Below, piece after piece: positions 1 through 9,150 of a stretch of 64,000 bases of DNA (position 1 is its first letter; every line of letters starts with the position of its first letter). The notes beneath the pieces are model-generated. The model was not told the DNA's origin. It searched no databases and saw nothing but the letters and a program-made list of their open reading frames with translations. A program made the position numbers and the translations under genes. Source of the DNA: Patescibacteria group bacterium (GTDB taxonomy: Bacteria; Patescibacteriota; Patescibacteriia; 2-01-FULL-39-33); contig JBAZKF010000001.1 in the NCBI GenBank assembly GCA_041650895.1, forward strand, positions 81,685-145,684, written 5' to 3'.

Positions 1-512
1 GGCAACTCCAGTGGCTCTTCATGGTGATCCAGAATAATGACATCTATGCCGGCCGTGGTAAATTCGGCAATTTCTTTTTTATTGGCAATACCGCAATCTA
101 CGGTGATGACAAGATTGAATTTTTGATTAATAATCTGCTGAACAATCTTTGTGTTCAAGCCGTAGCCCTCGCTTTCGCGAAAAGGAATGTAGGTATCAAC
201 ATGGGCTCCCAGAGCGGAAAGCGTTTGGAATAATATGGTGGTAGAACAAACGCCGTCAGCGTCATAATCGCCATAAACCATGATATGCTCCCCAGCCAGC
301 AAAGCCTGGAACAAGCGTTCTACGGCCAAGCGCATATCTTTGAATAAGTAAGGATCAAATAATTGCCGGTCAAAATCAGGGCTAAGGAACTCCTCAATCT
401 TATTTTTTTCCGTTAATCCTCGGTTAAACAAAAGCTGTAAGACCAGCTCGTTGTAGTTGGGGTGTTGTCTGGTCAATTCCGGAGTAATTTTGTCTTTAAT
501 TTTCCAAATCAT
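1..512 (-). CDS. recJ: single-stranded-DNA-specific exonuclease RecJ, N-terminal part (gene continues beyond window start)
   Basis: Own translation of the minus strand from the ATG at 510-512 gives MIWKIKDKITPELTRQHPNYNELVLQLLFNRGLTEKNKIEEFLSPDFDRQLFDPYLFKDMRLAVERLFQALLAGEHIMVYGDYDADGVCSTTILFQ... This carries the DHH/RecJ hallmark GDYDADG. The ORF is missing from the supplied track because it runs off the window edge. Confidence 0.75.
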   Translation of the reverse strand, partial: MIWKIKDKITPELTRQHPNYNELVLQLLFNRGLTEKNKIEEFLSPDFDRQLFDPYLFKDMRLAVERLFQALLAGEHIMVYGDYDADGVCSTTILFQTLSALGAHVDTYIPFRESEGYGLNTKIVQQIINQKFNLVITVDCGIANKKEIAEFTTAGIDVIILDHHEEPLEL

Positions 513-551
513 TGACTGGGGGTGGTTAATTCCGTTATAATTGACTTATAT

Positions 552-659
552 GAAAATACGTAAAAAGCGCTTAATGAAAATAGTCTGGATTATCGTAACC
601 GTCCTAATGATTACTTCCATGGTCTTCTTTTCTTTATTGCCAATTTTAGGTTAAATATC
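552..659 (+). CDS. small hydrophobic protein (35 aa), speculative
   Basis: ATG at 552 encodes MKIRKKRLMKIVWIIVTVLMITSMVFFSLLPILG, one transmembrane helix after a basic N-terminus. A hairpin plus T-run at about 686-725 could terminate it. No Shine-Dalgarno sequence. Confidence 0.25.
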
Positions 660-735
660 AGAATAAAAATAAAATAGTCTAGTTGCCATTCTGGGTGGAG
701 GAAAAGTTATTACCGCGCTTAGAATGGTATTTTAT

Positions 736-2511
736 TTATCTTTTTAATACCGCTAAAAAAGCGTCGGCCGGAATATCCACTTTGCCCATAGCCATCATTT
801 TTTTCTTGCCTTTCTTCTGTTTTTCTAAAAGTTTGGCGCGACGAGTCCAATCGCCGCCATAAAGCTTAGCGGTAACATCTTTGCGCAGGGCGGAAATGCG
901 TTCTGAGGCAATAATTTTGCCGCCGATAGCCGCTTGGATTTTAACCATAAACTGTTGGCGAGGCAGGGTTTCTTTTAGGGTATCCACTATTTTGCGTCCT
1001 ACCTGCTGAGCGTTATCCTTATAAGTGATAAGGGACAGGGCCTCCACTTTTTCTTCCGCTACCAAGATATCCATTTTTACCACCTCAGTCGCCTCATAGT
1101 CGTAAAAGTCATAATTAAGCGAGGCATAACCGCTGGTAATGGATTTGAGCTTATCATAAAAATCAACAATGATTTGAGTCAGAGGCAGATAATAATGAAG
1201 AACCGCCAAGTCTTCGTCCAAATATTCGGTATTAATATAAATTCCGCGCTTCTCGGTGGATAATTGCATGACTCCGCCCAGATATTCTTTGGGTGTAAAA
1301 ATGTCAACCTTCATTATCGGTTCTTCTACTTGTTTATAATAAGTCGGATCGGGGAATTCTTGCGGATTATAGACGTCTTTTATTTCTCCGTTGGCCATAT
1401 GTACTTTATAAGCCACACTGGGAATAGTCACCACTAATTCCAAATTGAATTCACGTCTCAATCGTTCTTGGAAAATTTCTAAATGCAACAACCCCAGAAA
1501 ACCGCAACGAAAACCAAAACCCAGAGCCGAGGAATTTTCCGGCTCGTAAGACAGGGCGGCATCGTTTAATTTTAGTTTTTCAATGGCTTCACGCAAATGA
1601 CTGAAATCGGAACCGTCTTTACAGAAAATTCCGGCGTAAACCATAGGTTTAACTTGTTTGTAACCGGGCAGAGGCTCTACGGTCAGATCTTTTATGGTTA
1701 TAGTATCGCCGACACGGCATTGTGCGACTTCATGCAGGCCCGTGACGATATAACCGATTTCTCCCGAAGATAGTGTTTTATCTTTGATGTACTTGGGGGC
1801 AAAATGTCCGACCTCCAACCCTTCGGCCAACTGCTGGTTATAGACAAATTTGATATGGTCTCCTGGCTTAATGCTACCATCAAAAATTCTGACATAAGCA
1901 ATGACGCCGCGGTATTCATCATAGACTGAATCAAAAATCAGGGCGCGCAAAGATTTGTCCGGGGATAGTTTCGGTGCCGGAACTTGAGCGATTATGGCTG
2001 ACAATAATTCCGTTACGCCTTGGCCGGTTTTGCCTGACACATGAAAGATTTCTTCTTTTCGACAGCCTAACAGCTTGATTATTTCTTCAGAAACGCGCTC
2101 CACTTGAGCATTAGGCAAATCAATTTTGTTGATTACCGGAATAATTGTTAAATTGGCATCAAGCGCCAAATACAAGTTGGCTAAGGTTTGGGCTTGGATG
2201 CCCTGCGTGGCGTCAACCAACAGTACTGCTCCCTCAACAGCATATAGACTGCGCGATACTTCGTAAGTAAAATCTACATGTCCCGGAGTATCAATCAAGT
2301 TAAGCTCATAGCCTTGATACTGCATGCGAACCGGTGTTAATTTGATGGTGATTCCCCGTTCCCGTTCAATGTCCATTTGATCCAAAAGCTGTTCTTTCAT
2401 GTCACGTTTGGAGATGGTTCCGGTCAATTCCAACATACGGTCAGCCAAAGTTGACTTGCCGTGATCAATATGGGCGATAATACAGAAATTACGGATATTA
2501 TTTGAACTCAT
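736..2511 (-). CDS. lepA: elongation factor 4 (LepA)
   Basis: N-terminus NIRNFCIIAHIDHGKSTLADRMLELTG (G1 motif), DTPGHVDF, length 591 aa, LepA-specific C-terminal domain. Confidence 0.95.
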   Translation of the reverse strand: MSSNNIRNFCIIAHIDHGKSTLADRMLELTGTISKRDMKEQLLDQMDIERERGITIKLTPVRMQYQGYELNLIDTPGHVDFTYEVSRSLYAVEGAVLLVDATQGIQAQTLANLYLALDANLTIIPVINKIDLPNAQVERVSEEIIKLLGCRKEEIFHVSGKTGQGVTELLSAIIAQVPAPKLSPDKSLRALIFDSVYDEYRGVIAYVRIFDGSIKPGDHIKFVYNQQLAEGLEVGHFAPKYIKDKTLSSGEIGYIVTGLHEVAQCRVGDTITIKDLTVEPLPGYKQVKPMVYAGIFCKDGSDFSHLREAIEKLKLNDAALSYEPENSSALGFGFRCGFLGLLHLEIFQERLRREFNLELVVTIPSVAYKVHMANGEIKDVYNPQEFPDPTYYKQVEEPIMKVDIFTPKEYLGGVMQLSTEKRGIYINTEYLDEDLAVLHYYLPLTQIIVDFYDKLKSITSGYASLNYDFYDYEATEVVKMDILVAEEKVEALSLITYKDNAQQVGRKIVDTLKETLPRQQFMVKIQAAIGGKIIASERISALRKDVTAKLYGGDWTRRAKLLEKQKKGKKKMMAMGKVDIPADAFLAVLKR

Positions 2512-2635
2512 AGATTAAGGTAATGGAAAAATTTTAACATAATTCGGCCAAATTTACAAATTTGACTTTTTTATTATTTTATGATAGTATTCGCTAAATG
2601 CAGTACCTTTAAACTAGAATAGAAGGAGAATCACC

Positions 2636-3241
2636 ATGGTTAAGCACCAAACGACCGGGTCAAGCCGTTTGACGACAAAAATCGTCATGGCTGCCGCCTT
2701 GATAGCCGCTTTGGTATTAACCGGCGCGGCCACAACTGGCAAATCGAGCATTAAAACGCGTGACTTGCAAATAAGATTAGAGACAAAAAAGGAAAAAAGC
2801 GGGGAAGAAAAGGTTAAATCGGTCAAACCGGAAAAACCCAATCCTACCAAGGAAAAACTCGAGTTTCCGTTAGCTAAAGGTGATATTCCCGATGAGAAGC
2901 TGTATGTTGGCTCGGCCGGTATGATGGTAATAAACCCGCGCTGTATTGATTATGCCGAATTGGTCAGAGCCACTTCATCCTATCAAGAGTTAAAAGAACG
3001 CAAGTTAGCGCCCAGCAGTGCCGCTTATTGGTTTCTAATTACTGAAAGCGGCGATATTGCTTGGCGGGAAACCAATAGGTATGCTGAAAAGCAAAATATC
3101 ACTTTGATCACTGATCGAGAAAATCTGGTGAAATTCCTCAAAAAGCAAACACGCTTCAAGGATAATACCCCCGAGGAGTTGATTGGCTGGTTTGATGTTA
3201 CCGATCAAATCAGCGAAATAATAAAGAACCTTAAGAAATGA
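2636..3241 (+). CDS. secreted or membrane-anchored hypothetical protein, possibly OmpH/Skp-like
   Basis: N-terminal hydrophobic helix, Lys/Glu-rich linker, C-terminus ...LIGWFDVTDQISEIIKNLKK reminiscent of the OmpH family. Shine-Dalgarno GAAGGAG upstream. Confidence 0.35.
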   Translation: MVKHQTTGSSRLTTKIVMAAALIAALVLTGAATTGKSSIKTRDLQIRLETKKEKSGEEKVKSVKPEKPNPTKEKLEFPLAKGDIPDEKLYVGSAGMMVINPRCIDYAELVRATSSYQELKERKLAPSSAAYWFLITESGDIAWRETNRYAEKQNITLITDRENLVKFLKKQTRFKDNTPEELIGWFDVTDQISEIIKNLKK

Positions 3242-3243
3242 AC

Positions 3244-3280
3244 GCCCCGACTCACTTGTTGAGCCGGGGTTTTTATTTGG
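3244..3280 (+). terminator. intrinsic terminator
   Basis: ccccgactcacttgttgagccgggg hairpin followed by tttttattt. Confidence 0.5.
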
Positions 3281-3308
3281 TGGGTAGTTAATAATTAACC
3301 GATTAAAG

Positions 3309-5039
3309 CTAAGTGCTGCTACCGTTATTAATTCCGCTATCAGTCATGACCACCGCTGATCTGAATAATTTGCGCTTCATGGAAGTCAGAAAAATAAACA
3401 TTTCCTCAATCTTTAAGATTAATCCCAATACCACATAACCTAATAGTCCCAGCAAGCCGGCAATAAATCCCTGGAAAAAAATTCCCCAGAATGTTTGCAT
3501 GGACACATAATCATCAAAAAGTTGCAAAGAAAAGTAGCTTACTAGTCCCCCGCCGATGGAGGCTATAGTGATGCGCCAAGTGGAATTGGCGATGCGTCTG
3601 ATATCTAGTCGACCAATCTTGTTTCTTAAAAGTATCATTAGCAAGACCAGCTCAAAGATTGCTGATATTGACATGGCTGTCGGTAAAGCCAAAACCCGCA
3701 TATCCACATAACCCCATAAATCCGACAGGCGCAAGAGAGCGGTGGCGGCAAAAGAAAACCAATTTTGGAAGGAAAAAATAAAACGAAAAATCAATAGTGC
3801 CGCTACATTGACTATCATAGACAGTAATCCGGCGTAAAACGGTGTTTTGGTATCATGCAAGGCGTAAAAACTGCGAATGATAAGGGGGTAAGCGCCGGCG
3901 GCGAATAAGCCGATACAGAAAATAGCTAAAGAGGCGGCGGTCAAGCGGGTGTCATACCAATCAAATCGTCCGGCGCCCAGAAGTACACGGACGATTTGCG
4001 CGCGCAAAACATAAAGTATAATAGCTACCGGCACAATCAAAAACAGCGTTTGGCGAAAAGTAGTGGAGACGACTGTTACAAATTCTTGATTTTTCTTTTG
4101 TGCCGCCAGGGCAGATAATACCGGTAGAGCCGCTATGCCCAAAGATACGCCAAAGATACCCAAAGGAAAATTTTGTAAATTGTTGGAAAAAGTAAAAATA
4201 GACAGGGATCCGGCAGCCAAAGTTGAAGCTACCACGGTGATGATTAAAAAATTGAATTGACTGATACCCAAAGAGATAGTGCGCGGTACCATCATCTTAA
4301 ACACTTCCATAACATGTTTATTGCGCCAATTGAAATCCAAGCGGTATTTGAAGTCAGAACCGAATAATGGTAAGAGCTGAATGATCATATGCAGGAAAGC
4401 GCCAATGACAACACCCCAGGCCAAACCCATGACGCCGAATGGTTTAATCAAAAACAAAGCGCCAAAAATAATACCGAGATTATAAATAATCGGCGCCAAA
4501 GAATACAGAAGGAACTTACGTTGGGATTGTAAAACCGAAGAGAAGATTGATGATAAGCCGAGAAAAATCGGCGACAAGAACATAATACGGGATAGAGCGA
4601 TGACTAAGCCCATCTTTTCCGGCGCAAATCCCGGAGTGATCAAAGGCATTAATAGCGGAGCCAGGGCAAATAGCACGCCACAAGCGATCAATAAAGCGAT
4701 TGATAAAAGATTTAAAATACTGTTAATTAGTTTCCAAGCCTCTTTTTCCTGATGTTTGGCCAGAAGCGAGGTAAAAACCGGAATCAAGCCGGCCGAAACT
4801 GCGCCTAAAATCAAAAGATTATACACCAAGTCGGGTAAACGAAAGGCGGCATAATAAGCGTCAAGAATATCGCCAGCGCCGAATTGTGAGGCTAATACTC
4901 TGTCTCTGATTACGCCCAATAGCCGGCTGGCGACAGATAAACCGCCAATAATAATAGCCGCCGAGGTAATGCTCTGCGACTCTTTGTTTATTTTACTGAT
5001 CAATTTTTTGATTTTTTTAAACATTGACAATAGTAACAA
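3309..5039 (-). CDS. murJ: lipid II flippase MurJ/MviN family
   Basis: 576 aa polytopic membrane protein with MviN-like N-terminus (ASQFGAGDILDAYYAAFRLPDLVYNLLILGAVSAGLIPVF). Confidence 0.8.
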   Translation of the reverse strand: MLLLSMFKKIKKLISKINKESQSITSAAIIIGGLSVASRLLGVIRDRVLASQFGAGDILDAYYAAFRLPDLVYNLLILGAVSAGLIPVFTSLLAKHQEKEAWKLINSILNLLSIALLIACGVLFALAPLLMPLITPGFAPEKMGLVIALSRIMFLSPIFLGLSSIFSSVLQSQRKFLLYSLAPIIYNLGIIFGALFLIKPFGVMGLAWGVVIGAFLHMIIQLLPLFGSDFKYRLDFNWRNKHVMEVFKMMVPRTISLGISQFNFLIITVVASTLAAGSLSIFTFSNNLQNFPLGIFGVSLGIAALPVLSALAAQKKNQEFVTVVSTTFRQTLFLIVPVAIILYVLRAQIVRVLLGAGRFDWYDTRLTAASLAIFCIGLFAAGAYPLIIRSFYALHDTKTPFYAGLLSMIVNVAALLIFRFIFSFQNWFSFAATALLRLSDLWGYVDMRVLALPTAMSISAIFELVLLMILLRNKIGRLDIRRIANSTWRITIASIGGGLVSYFSLQLFDDYVSMQTFWGIFFQGFIAGLLGLLGYVVLGLILKIEEMFIFLTSMKRKLFRSAVVMTDSGINNGSST

Positions 5040-5070
5040 AATTTGCTAAACTGCAGTTTTTTAATTTTTT

Positions 5071-7161
5071 TTATTTTGCCATCCTGACATCAACTACTTT
5101 TACTCCCCTGCCCCTATCCAGCACCATAATCGGATTAAAATCAATTTCTTTCAGTTCCGGATATTTTGCTACCAGACAAGAAAATCTTACCAATAAATCA
5201 GCCAAAGCGCCAATATCAGCCGGTTTTTGGCCGCGCGTACCGGCTAAAAGCGGATAGATTTTCAATTCTTCAATCATTTTTTGCGCTTCATTTTTGTTAA
5301 TAGGCGCCACACGAAAGACTACGTCCTTAAACACTTCTGTATAAATTCCGCCTAAACCAAGCATAATAACGGCGCCGAATTGAGGATCTCGCTTTAGGCC
5401 GACAATCACTTGTTGGCCGCTAACCATCTCGCCTAAAAGATACCCCTTAATTTTGACTCCTTTGACTTTCTGAACAATATCCGTGTTCATCTTTTTTATA
5501 GCGGCCAGCAATTCCGTCTCATTATTTATGCCCACTTTAACCCCGCCTACATCGGACTTATGTATTACTTGAGGCGAAATAACTTTAAGTGCAATGGGGT
5601 AACCGACTCTTTTACCGGCCTTGGCGGCTAAGGAAATATCTGCAATAAACTCGGCGCGGTGCACTGGGATATCATTTTTAATCAGTAGTTGCCGACAGAC
5701 ATCCTCCGTCAATTCATTGGATAATATTTTATTGGGCTTAATGGCGGGGGCTTTTACTGTCGGTTGTTTATTTTTGAGGTATTGGTAATATTTGGCCATA
5801 GTGCTTAAGACACTGACGGCCTGCTCAGGAAAGTTGAATTGCGGTAATTTATTATCGGCAAAAGTCTGATAATATTTGACAATCTCCAATTCACCCAAAA
5901 AACATAGGACGATTGTTTTACTTGTGGTTTTTTTGATTCGGCCGATCGCTTCAGCCGTCTCTTTTATCTGCGTCATTCTCTGCGGGGTTAGCGCTACGAT
6001 TATGGCGTCAACGTTCTTATCTTTAACCACTTCGCGCAGAGCGATCTCATAACGGTCAGCCAGAGCATCACCTAAAACATCAACCGGATTATGGTTGCTG
6101 GCTGCGGCCGGTAAAACTTTTTTTAATTTAGCTTTGGTCGTTTCAGATAATTCGGCTAATTTTAATTTATAGTCTGGCAACCAGTCAGTCAAAAGAATGC
6201 CCGGGCCGCCGGCGTTGGTGACAATAGCCACGCGATTGCCGCGAGGTAAATCTTGGTAGGCAAAACCCTCAGCCAAATTAAAAAAATCCATAACATCACG
6301 CGCCTCAATCACGCCGGATTGCTTAAAGGCGGCGCTATAAACCTGGGCAGTGCCAGCCAGCGATCCGGTATGGGAAGAAACAGCTTGACTGCCGTCCGCG
6401 GTCTTACCTGATTTTAAAACAATAATCGGCTTTTTATCGGAAATTTTATTGGCTATAGATAAGAACTTTTGGCCATCATTAATGCTTTCCAGATAAGCCA
6501 TTATGACCTTGCTGTTTTTATCTTGGTTGAAATATTCCAAAAGATCCAGTTCGTTAATATCACACTTATTGCCCATGGACACAAAATAAGAAAAGCCGAG
6601 TTTCTGGGCTTCGGCCGTATCTAAAATAGCCGTACCTAAAGCGCCGGATTGGGAAAAGAAGGCTACATTGCCCGCCTTGGGGAAGGTGGCGGCAAAGGAA
6701 GCGTTTACTGACGGCTTAGTATTGATATAACCTAAGCAGTTCGGACCGAGTATCCGCAGTTTATATTTATTTTTTAATTGCAGTAATTTTTCTTCCAATT
6801 TAACTCCCTCACCGCCAACTTCTTTAAAACCAGAAGAAATAATCAAAATATTTTTTGTTCCTCTCTTGCCACAATCTTCCACTACAGCCAATACAAATTG
6901 CGCCGGCACGACAATAATCGCTAAATCAGGAATCTGTGGCGTTTTTAAAATTGACGAATATGCCGGCTTGCCCTCTATCTTGGTTTCAGAAGGATTAATG
7001 GGAAAAATCTCGCCCCGGTAATTGACCAAGAGATTCTTTATCACATCATTGCCGACTTTACCGGTATGATTGGAGGCGCCGATTATTGCTACGCTTCGCG
7101 GGTTAAAAAACGATTTAAGGCTATTCATAGTATCTAATTTATAATAATCTAATTTTACCAT
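5071..7161 (-). CDS. acetyl-CoA synthetase (ADP-forming), fused alpha/beta subunits (NDP-forming acyl-CoA synthetase family)
   Basis: CoA-binding N-terminus SVAIIGASNHTGKVGNDVIKNL, succinyl-CoA-synthetase-like ligase domain, C-terminal ATP-grasp. 696 aa. Confidence 0.8.
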   Translation of the reverse strand: MVKLDYYKLDTMNSLKSFFNPRSVAIIGASNHTGKVGNDVIKNLLVNYRGEIFPINPSETKIEGKPAYSSILKTPQIPDLAIIVVPAQFVLAVVEDCGKRGTKNILIISSGFKEVGGEGVKLEEKLLQLKNKYKLRILGPNCLGYINTKPSVNASFAATFPKAGNVAFFSQSGALGTAILDTAEAQKLGFSYFVSMGNKCDINELDLLEYFNQDKNSKVIMAYLESINDGQKFLSIANKISDKKPIIVLKSGKTADGSQAVSSHTGSLAGTAQVYSAAFKQSGVIEARDVMDFFNLAEGFAYQDLPRGNRVAIVTNAGGPGILLTDWLPDYKLKLAELSETTKAKLKKVLPAAASNHNPVDVLGDALADRYEIALREVVKDKNVDAIIVALTPQRMTQIKETAEAIGRIKKTTSKTIVLCFLGELEIVKYYQTFADNKLPQFNFPEQAVSVLSTMAKYYQYLKNKQPTVKAPAIKPNKILSNELTEDVCRQLLIKNDIPVHRAEFIADISLAAKAGKRVGYPIALKVISPQVIHKSDVGGVKVGINNETELLAAIKKMNTDIVQKVKGVKIKGYLLGEMVSGQQVIVGLKRDPQFGAVIMLGLGGIYTEVFKDVVFRVAPINKNEAQKMIEELKIYPLLAGTRGQKPADIGALADLLVRFSCLVAKYPELKEIDFNPIMVLDRGRGVKVVDVRMAK

Positions 7162-7232
7162 AAATATCCGATTCAGCCAAAATAAAAAGCGGGTTAACTA
7201 AAGCAACCCGCTAACTCTGATAAAAAGAGCAA

Positions 7233-7565
7233 TTAATTGTAATTGGCAACCCGAATTTCAGCGCCGTCGCTGAAACCTCCGCCAGCCGCCATTGCCGCTC
7301 CGCCGGCCCCGCCAGCTAAGCCGGCCCCGCCAACCAAAGTGTACACATTGGAACTAGCCACTAACTCCGCTAATGCACCCTCAAGGGCAAGCGGGTTACC
7401 AATCGGCACTGGCGAATCGATCACCGCTCCGTTTTGATTGGCATTATTAGTAATGGGTACAGATAATGATTGAGTCTGGGCTTCAAGCTTATTGCTAGTG
7501 AAGTTTCCTCCGATGATTGAAAGAGCGATTAGGCTGATAAAAATCCACAACACTTTCTTTTTCAT
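7233..7565 (-). CDS. small secreted Gly/Ala-rich protein
   Basis: Likely true start MKKKVLWIFISLIALSIIGG (signal peptide) with Shine-Dalgarno AGGAGGG. C-terminal poly-Gly/Ala tract. Hairpin plus T-run terminator at about 7180-7215. Confidence 0.5.
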   Translation of the reverse strand: MKKKVLWIFISLIALSIIGGNFTSNKLEAQTQSLSVPITNNANQNGAVIDSPVPIGNPLALEGALAELVASSNVYTLVGGAGLAGGAGGAAMAAGGGFSDGAEIRVANYN

Positions 7566-7716
7566 GGTTTTCCCTCCTGTTGCAGTCTCTTTTACAAAAA
7601 ACAATTAAGTGCTTATTACTATAAACTAAATAACAAATTAAGTCAAATAAAAACATTAACAATTAAAAAAACTGACTCGAAATTAATCGAGTCAGCGGTC
7701 TGAAATGTTCTAGGTT

Positions 7717-7781
7717 GGCCCAGTCAATGCCGCTGATAATAAGCGGCAGGTCGTATACACGTCATTGCCGTCGCCATCAAC
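7717..7781 (-). pseudogene. decayed duplicate of a 66-bp internal segment of the downstream lipoprotein gene
   Basis: 7717-7781 matches 8133-8198 (inside the CDS at 8037-8921) except for a 1-nt indel and one substitution. The indel breaks the frame, so this is a remnant. Confidence 0.5.
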
Positions 7782-8036
7782 AATTACGGTTTTTTAACTT
7801 CCTTAATTATCGCTCGTTTTACCATCGGAGCGAAAAAATCATCGCCCCTCAATAAACGAAGCCACTGCTGCCCAGTTTGTCCGTGTTTTTTATAATTATT
7901 AGATATTAGAGAATTTTCTGCCTCCATTATTGAGGTAAATGGCCCCCTAACATCAATATCATCGGAATGGGATTTGGTGATAATAATTACGTAATTTCCA
8001 GTCCCCATCTCTACTATCCTTTCAAATGTTCTAGTC

Positions 8037-8921
8037 CTAGTCTTCCCAGGCGAAATCAATGTTTACATTCAGCCCCCCAAACGCGTCCGATTCCACGTAA
8101 GGAAAGGACAACGCATCAGAGAAACTGAATTCGGCCCAGTCAATGCCGCTGATAATAAGCGGCAGGTCGCAATACACGTCATTGCCGTCGCCATCAACGA
8201 CGTAGAGTACGCCACCGCCGAAGTTTAGTGGCAGGTAGGACTTAAAGACCATTTCCGCCTTGCCCCAAACCCATGAGGCATAGTAACTCGCGCCGTCCGG
8301 AGAAATCAGCGTTGAATGACCATATCCCCACTCATCAGCCTGATACCAACCGGGCAGGTTGGTGACGCTAAATTGGAAAGGATAGTTGTAAACAAAGTTC
8401 ATCACCAGGTTTTCATTCCTGTTGATGCCACCCTCCACGGTAACATCCTTCCAGCCAAACAATAGCTGATTGCCGTAGTCATCCTGGAAAGAGATAGACA
8501 GGTAGTAAGTCCCGGGCCGAATTCCGCCGCAATGAGCGCGGAATTGATGGTCGATGATCGGCACATAGAAGGAGTAATAATCGGTCCCGCCTCCCTTACC
8601 TATTTCCACTCCATTATCGGTAGAATATAGGTAGATGTAAATGCGTGTGGCCTGATCCTTGAGTGAATCTCCAATTTCTTGGAGTTCCTCCTGATTCAAG
8701 CCACTAATTCCGTCGCCGTTGTAACCGCCACCCTTTTCCAGGGATTTGGTCACTTCGCCGACGAAATCGTGGTTGATCTTTTCGACGACGGCCGACAAAT
8801 CTCCTTCGATCCAGAACCCGCCGAGTTCGGCTTCGGGGATGGTTTCGGTAATCGGCGGACAGCCCGCCAGAGTCATAGCCGAGACAGTCAGAATGGCAAA
8901 GAGAATGGTAGTGTAACGCAT
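8037..8921 (-). CDS. lipoprotein, hypothetical
   Basis: N-terminus MRYTTILFAILTVSAMTLAGCPP has a signal peptide and a lipobox (LAGC). 294 aa. Confidence 0.6.
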   Translation of the reverse strand: MRYTTILFAILTVSAMTLAGCPPITETIPEAELGGFWIEGDLSAVVEKINHDFVGEVTKSLEKGGGYNGDGISGLNQEELQEIGDSLKDQATRIYIYLYSTDNGVEIGKGGGTDYYSFYVPIIDHQFRAHCGGIRPGTYYLSISFQDDYGNQLLFGWKDVTVEGGINRNENLVMNFVYNYPFQFSVTNLPGWYQADEWGYGHSTLISPDGASYYASWVWGKAEMVFKSYLPLNFGGGVLYVVDGDGNDVYCDLPLIISGIDWAEFSFSDALSFPYVESDAFGGLNVNIDFAWED

Positions 8922-9150
8922 GATGCTTTCCTCCTAAGGTAAGATTGTAACGACCCACACATCAGCCCCACATTAGGACTAATACATAATCATATCATAC
9001 TTTGTTAATTTTGTCAATAGGTTTATCCACTCTGCCAGATAGTTGATTACAATTTTAGCCAAATTTAGACAAAATTAATTATGATAAAACAAAAAGATAA
9101 CTAAAAAAGCCGGCAAAAACCGGCTTTTTTATCTAAAATTAAATTATTAC

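Noticed and set aside
1698-1934. 78-aa ORF antisense inside lepA. The same applies to many other 60-130 aa ORFs nested in or antisense to ppdK (9250-11638), pyrG, ftsI, murF, dnaB and others.
   Set aside because: They lie fully within long, motif-rich conserved genes on the opposite strand or in another frame. They have no Shine-Dalgarno sequence and a composition typical of spurious ORFs.
7784-8059. 91-aa ORF downstream of the lipoprotein gene, as an independent gene.
   Set aside because: It overlaps the end of the 294-aa gene and abuts a decayed duplicate fragment, so it is more likely a remnant than a functional gene.
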